Assembly: GCA_963677485.1 (NCBI GenBank)
Contig: OY781964.1
Span: forward strand, 2,080,001-2,144,000
Length of the DNA: 64,000 nt
Direction: 5' to 3'
DNA from: Armatimonadota bacterium
Lineage (GTDB): Bacteria; Armatimonadota; HRBIN16
A program made the translations under genes and the position numbers. Each line of letters starts with the position of its first letter. Positions within the stretch are counted from its first letter, which is position 1. Of this stretch, positions 57,701-64,000 are shown in pieces. Under the pieces are notes generated by a model. It searched no databases. It had not been told where the DNA came from and worked only from the letters and a program-made list of their open reading frames with translations.

Positions 57701-57844
57701 TGCCTAAGTCCGGGGCGGTTTTCTCCTAACCGCGCCGGTCTTGATTGATTCGTGACAAGTGGTATCGGGTTATCCGCCAGACCGGCGCGGTCTTGAGCCT
57801 TCTGCAGTCGCTGGCTTACTGACAGACCGCCCCGGACATTGGCA
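57701..57844. mobile_element. MITE/REPIN-like element (module B) between convergent genes
   Basis: TGCCTAAGTCCGGGGCGGT ... ACCGCCCCGGACATTGGCA with two internal ACCGCGCCGGTCT-type palindromes. Confidence 0.65.
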
Positions 57845-57875
57845 GCTCGTGACGTTGTACACGGATATCCGGTGT

Positions 57876-59093
57876 CTACAGATGCAGCCGCAGTTTGCGC
57901 AGCACCGCCGCGAAGTTGGTGTCGCCATGAATGCCCCAGGCGCGCAGGTAGGCTGCCCGCAGATCGGTCTGCTTTGTGCTGAAAGCGCCCAAGGCGATCT
58001 GAGCGGCCCGGGCCAGACTGACTGAGCTGACATGATAGGCCACCGCGGGATAGATGATGGGCATCAAACCACGCACTCCGGCGGTACAAAAGCCTAGCCG
58101 CGCCTTCATGCTGCCAAAACCAATGGTTTTGCCTTTACACATATTCATGGCCTTTTTGGCCAGCCCTTTCAGGCTCATTCCTTCATGCAGCGTGTGCGCC
58201 AAGGCCTTATCGCAATACTCATCCCAGCTCATTTCGAATGATTTTAACCGGATCCGTTCCACCATCAAGTGTACCGGGGCCAATGCCGCACGAATTTCGT
58301 CCATCCAGGCCGCCAGGTCGCGCGTCATATATGGGGCGTAATTTGGTCGGAACCGGAACTCCATACAGTCATCGTAAAGCGTCTGGAACCCAGGGTCGAC
58401 ATCTTTGCGTGCCTGCATTCTCTTTTGTTTTTCCAGGTAGCTCCAGTCATAGTCGTTCAAGAAGAACAACAGTGCATCGCCGTAGCCAATCACGCCTTTC
58501 ACCACGTGCTTGACGATGGTACGACGGTCATCTTCGCTCAATCCGCCCCGTTCAAGGATGGCGTCGTTGATGATGAACAGGGTACCGCGGTTGGTCAGCA
58601 GGTTGCGCGCATCAGCGGGAACCACCCGATCAAGGTTAAACTGATGAAGACCAGGCACATAGCCCGCATCCCCCAGAATGGTCTTGTGCCCATACCGCAT
58701 GTCATACCACATGACCAGGCACTCACTGCCCTCAAGTTTCGCAGTGTTGATGGTGCTCAAATCCATACCCAGCCCATACAGCTCAATTAACGGTTGCAAG
58801 CCGGTGTCTATGCGTTCTTTCAGTTCCGCCAACCGACTCTCAGGAAGGTTGTTGCATATCAGCAAAAAATCCAGGTTGTTATGGGGCACTTCATTGCCGT
58901 CGGGCTGTGTTTCTACGCCGCCTTCACCACGCCCATATCCGCCCAGCATGATCAAGCAGCGCATCTCTTGCGGTGCCACCGCGTTAGTCACCACCATGCC
59001 AACATCCTTAGCGGCACTGGTCACCAACCGCTCCACTTCAACCCCGCCTTTGGCGGTGAAACGTCCGAATGGCCTTTCAGCGCTGGTCATCAT
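57876..59093 (-). CDS. Pol-beta-type nucleotidyltransferase-fold protein in EPS locus
   Basis: LIMLGGYGRGEGG...NNLDFLLI...MDLS followed by a helical C-terminal region. Confidence 0.6.
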   Translation of the reverse strand: MMTSAERPFGRFTAKGGVEVERLVTSAAKDVGMVVTNAVAPQEMRCLIMLGGYGRGEGGVETQPDGNEVPHNNLDFLLICNNLPESRLAELKERIDTGLQPLIELYGLGMDLSTINTAKLEGSECLVMWYDMRYGHKTILGDAGYVPGLHQFNLDRVVPADARNLLTNRGTLFIINDAILERGGLSEDDRRTIVKHVVKGVIGYGDALLFFLNDYDWSYLEKQKRMQARKDVDPGFQTLYDDCMEFRFRPNYAPYMTRDLAAWMDEIRAALAPVHLMVERIRLKSFEMSWDEYCDKALAHTLHEGMSLKGLAKKAMNMCKGKTIGFGSMKARLGFCTAGVRGLMPIIYPAVAYHVSSVSLARAAQIALGAFSTKQTDLRAAYLRAWGIHGDTNFAAVLRKLRLHL

Positions 59094-60241
59094 GGCCTCC
59101 TGTTGGCCTCAAAAAGGGCCAGTAACCGTGAGATATGGCAGTCCGGTGTAAAGGACTGCAGGTAGTTGTTCATGGCATTTTGCCCCATCTTGCGTGCCTC
59201 TTCAGGTTGGTTCAGCACCGCCATCATCTTTTCAGCGAGCTGTTCCGGGTGATTGGGCTGGATGCCATATCCGTTGTGGCCGTCCTGCAGCCATTCGGTC
59301 ACGCCGCCGATCTGGCTGGCTATGACGGGGGTGCCCACGCGGAAGGCTTCAGGGCCTCCTAGACCGAACGTCTCCGGCGTGCGGCTGGGCATCAGTGCCG
59401 CGGCAGCGCGTGCATTCCATTCAATCAAGGTGTCAGAGTTGACCCGCCCTTCAAAATGCACAGAATCTCCCACTCCAAGCTGTTGGCACAGTGCTTTGTG
59501 TTCGAGCTCTTTACGACCGCTGCCGAATATGCGCACCTCAGCGCGGCCATCCAGCAGCTTTGCAGCCTGCAGAGTGGTGTCGATGCCTTTACCCGTCACA
59601 AGCTGCGCGGCCAGAACAAACAGGTTTGGCTGCCGAGGCACATCAGGCACTTGAACAGGCAGGGCGTAAAGCGGGATACCATGAACCTGTGAGCGGTCAA
59701 ACCCGTGGGCGATGATATGCTCTGCCATATAGCTGGATCCGGTCACAACACCCTGCATTTGCATCATGATGCGGTGGTGTTTCCTCAAGCTTCCGCAGGT
59801 GGTGATGCCCAACGGGGGGAAGCCATCCCGCCGGTTCAAGAAGCCCAGGCACGGCAGATAACAATACGGCCCGATGGTGCGTGAACAGGTATGCCATCCA
59901 ATGGCGGTGTACTTATGCTCCCTCAAACAAAACAGTTTGTGGTCATGGATAAACCGGAAGGTGGGCACTGCACTATCAGCAAACTGCTTCAGTAATCCAA
60001 TGTCTTCAAGCCGGTGTATGTAGATCACATCCGGCGTCAATTCAGTCATCTGGCGGGGGATGTCCACCATAGGGTAGGCTTGCGTAAACGGGGCCAGGAA
60101 TGCAGCATCTGCGCGTGAGCGTACATCATACAGCAGGACATTCTCGTGCCCCGCATCGGCCAGCAGTTTGGCCGTGTTGTGGATGTATCCTTCTGCGCCA
60201 CCCATCGGATAAGCGTTCTCATTGACCCACAGTATACGCAT
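59090..60241 (-). CDS. GT4 glycosyltransferase with Cys-rich insert
   Basis: GGAEGY, HDHKLFC...C...C...C, KG, and PETFGLGGPEA motifs. Confidence 0.9.
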   Translation of the reverse strand: MRILWVNENAYPMGGAEGYIHNTAKLLADAGHENVLLYDVRSRADAAFLAPFTQAYPMVDIPRQMTELTPDVIYIHRLEDIGLLKQFADSAVPTFRFIHDHKLFCLREHKYTAIGWHTCSRTIGPYCYLPCLGFLNRRDGFPPLGITTCGSLRKHHRIMMQMQGVVTGSSYMAEHIIAHGFDRSQVHGIPLYALPVQVPDVPRQPNLFVLAAQLVTGKGIDTTLQAAKLLDGRAEVRIFGSGRKELEHKALCQQLGVGDSVHFEGRVNSDTLIEWNARAAAALMPSRTPETFGLGGPEAFRVGTPVIASQIGGVTEWLQDGHNGYGIQPNHPEQLAEKMMAVLNQPEEARKMGQNAMNNYLQSFTPDCHISRLLALFEANRRP

Positions 60242-61492
60242 CTAGTTTTGAATCACCTTGCGGCGGGCCGTACGGACCTCATTGTAGATGGCGACCATGC
60301 GTTTGGTAATGATCTCCCAGCTATATTGTTGTTGTGCCTTGACCAGGCCCTTCTCGGCCAGGCCTTGGCTGATAGCCGGATGCATCAGCACATCACACAC
60401 CGTCCGAGCCATTGCGGAGATATCCGAGGGATCAAACATCATCGCATCATATTCGTGCTTCACAAAACTGGGAACCCCGCCCACCCGGGCGGCGGCAACT
60501 GGCAAGCCAGCGGCCCATGCCTCTAGTATCACAATGCCGAAAGGCTCATGGATGGAGGGCAGTAAGAACATATCTGCGGCGTGGTATGCGTTCACCAGGT
60601 CGGGTGAATGAGCATCAATCCCCGGAATCAGCACCACACGGTCAGCGACACCCAACTGCTGAGCCATCTGAACAACCTTCTCCATGTAAGGCGTATTGGT
60701 CACATGCCCGATCAGCAGAAGATAGACATCGGGCAGTTGTTTACGGATTTCCACTAAAGCCTGGACGGCACCAAGCTGGTTCTTCTGGTGATCGATCCGT
60801 CCCATCACCAATACCAGTTGGGCGTGTTCAGGTATTCCATGCGCCGCGCGGAAAGCGGTGCGGTCACCCTTCGCAAACCGTGCCACATCAACTCCGTTAG
60901 GCACATGCTCTACCCGCAAACTCGGGTAACGCTTGCGGACCTGCTCACACTCAGTCGTACCAACACAGATCACCGCATCGGCATCAGGCACCACCTGACG
61001 TGAACCGAGCATCACGCCCAGAGGCTTGCCCCACTCAAACGATCCTTTGAACGGCGACACCACCGAGGCGAACTCCTCGTCGGGAACATCAAATAACCCA
61101 CCATGCAGGGTCACCACATAGGGGATTTTCCGCTGTTTTGCGACCACTCGGGCCGATCCGCCCAGTCTTTTGAAGGTATGAAGATGGATGATATCGAGGT
61201 TCGGTTCCTTACGCAGTGCGTTCATCAGAGGTAGAGAGACTAAATTGCCGCCTTTTCGGTCCATTTGCAGCCTGGCATCATCGGTAAGTCCCCACCAAGG
61301 ATAGCAGTAGTCAAAACGGCGCACTGGAATCCCGTCAATCAGCTCAGCGTGGTCCTTAGCAAGTGCCATAGAAGTGAAAATCGAGGTGTCATGGCCCAGT
61401 TGCTGCAGTTGCTTGCTAGTCTCGAGGATCACCGTCTCGGTGCCTCCCCAGTCTGACTGGACAAACCGGCGTGGAATCTGAATCACCTTCAC
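60242..61492 (-). CDS. GT4 glycosyltransferase
   Basis: GGTETV, VPNGVD, GRIDHQKNQ and EPFGIVILEA motifs. GTG start after AGGAGGTG. Confidence 0.92.
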   Translation of the reverse strand: MKVIQIPRRFVQSDWGGTETVILETSKQLQQLGHDTSIFTSMALAKDHAELIDGIPVRRFDYCYPWWGLTDDARLQMDRKGGNLVSLPLMNALRKEPNLDIIHLHTFKRLGGSARVVAKQRKIPYVVTLHGGLFDVPDEEFASVVSPFKGSFEWGKPLGVMLGSRQVVPDADAVICVGTTECEQVRKRYPSLRVEHVPNGVDVARFAKGDRTAFRAAHGIPEHAQLVLVMGRIDHQKNQLGAVQALVEIRKQLPDVYLLLIGHVTNTPYMEKVVQMAQQLGVADRVVLIPGIDAHSPDLVNAYHAADMFLLPSIHEPFGIVILEAWAAGLPVAAARVGGVPSFVKHEYDAMMFDPSDISAMARTVCDVLMHPAISQGLAEKGLVKAQQQYSWEIITKRMVAIYNEVRTARRKVIQN

Positions 61493-61578
61493 GCTAAACG
61501 CACCTCCTACGGTATGAGCCGTGGAAATAGTGGGCTGTATAGTCACGGACAGTGTTTTGCCAGCAACAGCCCGGCAGA

Positions 61579-63774
61579 TCACACAAGATAGAGCTTGTCT
61601 ATCTCATTGGCCACGGCACCATACACGGGGCATCCACCCAGTTTCAGACGGTCCATTGCCTTGCGAATATTGGAAGCTGTTTGATACCTGCTTTTGACAA
61701 CAAAAACACCATAATCTATCGTTTGGGAAAGCAACTCAGCATCCACATTATCCAGCACAGCCGAGGCTTCTACCATCACGATGCTATAACGCCGGCCAAG
61801 TTCATCCATAAGTGTAGCCATGCGTTTACTGCTGATCATATCGGGGGTGACAGTAGTGCCGATACGGGGGATGATGCTCACCCCTCGCAGCTTTGTAGCC
61901 TTGATGATTTCATCAATATTGGTCACTTTACCTTCAAGGTAGTCACCTATACCAGCACCCTCAAGTTGTTCGGGTGTACACAACTCCGTGATGCTGATAT
62001 CCTCGCTGCCGCCGTCGATAATCAACACGTTCTCGTCTTGTCTTCCCAGCGATGCAGCGACATGAGCTAAGACCGTGGTGGTGCCTTCACTGTGTCGGGC
62101 ACTGCAGACCAGCAGCCGGTTTCCGTGCTGCTGACAAAGCTGCCTGATAAGACGCGCGATCACGCTGAATTCCTCTACGGTCACGACACCCTGTTCCGTT
62201 GGCATTTGGCGCTGATTCTTGTCAAGATACGGCAGTTGTCCAATGGCTGGCACACCCAAACGAGCAGACATGTCGGGGGCGGACTTTATCCTGGTGTCGG
62301 AGAGTTCCATTCCGAGTATAGCGGCCAGTGTGATGATGACACCAAAGGCGAAGATACCCATTGTCAATGTCTTGCGGTTGCTCTTGATGGGGTTCGAGGG
62401 CACCTTGGCATCTGAGATCAGTACGAAGTCATAGCTGTCGCTTCCGTAGAACCGCTTCGCCTTGCCAAGCACATCAAGTAACTGACCCTTTTCATCTTCC
62501 AGGTTCTTCAGGTTGCGGCTCAGCACTAGATACTGCCGCTGGGTGCTGGGCAGCGATTCTACCCTGGCACTTGCTGCCTGACGTGCCAGCTCAAAGCTCT
62601 TGACGCGTTCTGCCACCGATATCTGGTCGAGTTGGAGATCAAACTCTTTCTTTAGCATCTCTTGCAGCATATCGCCAGAGGGTGTAGATCCCAGGTTGGA
62701 GGGGATTACCACACGATAAAGCTGCTCCAACTGATCTTTCCACTGCTTGACCTGGTCACTGTCAATCGAACGCACTTTCTGTTCTTCGTAGGCCAGTCTA
62801 GCGGCTTCATACTGTGTCTGGCTGATGGCGCCACTTTCCAGCAGTCGTTTGGCTCTTGCCAGTTCCAGCTCCCGCTGGGCCAACTGTGCAGCATTTGAGC
62901 GCAGTTCTTTGTCGTCAGTGATCTTCTGGCGCAGGTTCTCTATGCGGGTATTGATGTTGCTCAGGCGATCCAGCTCAAACATTTGCTTCTGCTCACCAGA
63001 AACGCGGTCCTTAAGCTGTTTGATCACTGTGCCGAGGTTCCTGACCTGCTCACGAAGCGTCTTCTGGTCGCTCTTTGCCTGTTCCCAGAGCAAATCCATC
63101 TGGTTGAACTGGTCGAGCGCGGCTTTACTCATCTCTACAAACTCGGTATAGTTCGTCTTTTCACTGAAGACCTGAAGCTCACCGTCAATCTTTTTCAGTG
63201 CCTCGGTGACCACCGCCAGCCGTTTGCTGACATCGCGGATCTGTCCCGATGCGGCCTCTTTATCAATGCGAACGCCATTTTCGAGGAAGGTGTCTCTGGT
63301 CATGTTTGCGATATCGGCGCATAACTTCGCATCATCCCAGGTGACCACGATACTCATTATCTCCGTGTTCTTCTCCACTGAGACATCAATCGCCTGACCA
63401 ACGGAATCAAGGGACGCTGCCAGGTTCAGTTTGCGGCGGACATCTTCCAGGTTGGGCTTCACTTTGACCATGCTGACCTGGGTCATCAGCGATTTGCCGA
63501 TATCGAGAATTTCACGTTTCTTTTCTTCAGAGGGTTTATAGAGAAGCACTGTGGTGGTCTGGTAGATGCTCTTATTCATCAATTGGCCACCATAATAGGC
63601 CAGAGCTGCAAAAAGTGCGATCATGATCACCAATATGAATTTCCTACGCCATAGGCCAATTAATAGCGTGCGGATATCTATTGGTAATTTCGCTTCTTGT
63701 TCAGCTTCAGGGTTGACGAAAGGCTCCGACAACGTGGCTTCTCCTAATGTATCGGTGGATTCATACAACGCCAC
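61579..63774 (-). CDS. Wzc/GumC-like polysaccharide co-polymerase with degenerate kinase domain
   Basis: Two TM segments flanking a long coiled coil. C-terminal P-loop-like domain SARHSEGTTT...VLIID. Confidence 0.85.
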   Translation of the reverse strand: MALYESTDTLGEATLSEPFVNPEAEQEAKLPIDIRTLLIGLWRRKFILVIMIALFAALAYYGGQLMNKSIYQTTTVLLYKPSEEKKREILDIGKSLMTQVSMVKVKPNLEDVRRKLNLAASLDSVGQAIDVSVEKNTEIMSIVVTWDDAKLCADIANMTRDTFLENGVRIDKEAASGQIRDVSKRLAVVTEALKKIDGELQVFSEKTNYTEFVEMSKAALDQFNQMDLLWEQAKSDQKTLREQVRNLGTVIKQLKDRVSGEQKQMFELDRLSNINTRIENLRQKITDDKELRSNAAQLAQRELELARAKRLLESGAISQTQYEAARLAYEEQKVRSIDSDQVKQWKDQLEQLYRVVIPSNLGSTPSGDMLQEMLKKEFDLQLDQISVAERVKSFELARQAASARVESLPSTQRQYLVLSRNLKNLEDEKGQLLDVLGKAKRFYGSDSYDFVLISDAKVPSNPIKSNRKTLTMGIFAFGVIITLAAILGMELSDTRIKSAPDMSARLGVPAIGQLPYLDKNQRQMPTEQGVVTVEEFSVIARLIRQLCQQHGNRLLVCSARHSEGTTTVLAHVAASLGRQDENVLIIDGGSEDISITELCTPEQLEGAGIGDYLEGKVTNIDEIIKATKLRGVSIIPRIGTTVTPDMISSKRMATLMDELGRRYSIVMVEASAVLDNVDAELLSQTIDYGVFVVKSRYQTASNIRKAMDRLKLGGCPVYGAVANEIDKLYLV

Positions 63775-63821
63775 CGTAATATCACTATATCACCCGCAAG
63801 CACCAGCTTGGCACATTCATA

Positions 63822-63998
63822 TTATTTTCGGCTGAATTTCGACAACAATTTCTGTCGTTCGGTTCGTTCCAGGCTGATTAGTATGAACAACGCCGTAAAT
63901 ACGGCCATGCCGGGCAGGCTGTCAACGACAACATGCATCAACGTTAAAGGCGGAAGCACACGTATCATACCCAGCGTCACTACAAGCTGAGCTAACGC
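63822..63998 (-). CDS. 3' end of a membrane protein, probably Wzx-type flippase (partial)
   Basis: Open frame ALAQLVVTLGMIRVLPPLTLMHVVVDSLPGMAVFTALFILISLERTERQKLLSKFSRK*, resembling flippase C-termini, in an EPS context. Confidence 0.5.
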   Translation of the reverse strand, partial: ALAQLVVTLGMIRVLPPLTLMHVVVDSLPGMAVFTALFILISLERTERQKLLSKFSRK

Positions 63999-64000
63999 CG

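Noticed and set aside
1605-57844. Intergenic palindromes as integron attC sites
   Set aside because: No consistent RYYYAAC...GTTRRRY boundaries, no integrase, and genes lie in both orientations.

Overview
Bacterial genomic DNA, moderately GC-rich by eye. The organism is plausibly Armatimonadota or a similar CAZyme-rich lineage, inferred only from the dockerin-like C-terminal module and the gene content. The window is dominated by about 18 glycoside-hydrolase-type genes: GH151/GHL6-like, GH106-like, three paralogous GH42-like proteins, DUF6259, a beta-helix protein, DUF4838, GH129-like, GH14/42-like, GH39/5-like, GH78, GH33 sialidase, GH2 and GH99-like. Interspersed are hppA (K+-independent H+-PPase signature), recF-dciA, a GntR/YtrA pair, a 39-aa-repeat RCC1 protein split from its C-terminal module by one in-frame TAA, a small ferritin-like protein, a vapBC-type TA pair, a ROK/SIS sugar module and the 3' end of an exopolysaccharide locus. 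That locus has a flippase fragment, a Wzc-like protein with a degenerate Walker A, two GT4 genes and a nucleotidyltransferase-fold protein. No rRNA, tRNA, CRISPR array or transposase was seen. The most striking non-coding feature is that many intergenic spacers are mosaics of at least seven short repeat-module families (GTAG-REP hairpins, MITE-like inverted repeats and 8-10 bp periodic arrays), often nested, chimeric or tandemly duplicated, with no mobilising gene in the window. All family calls come from motif recognition by eye, not from database searches.
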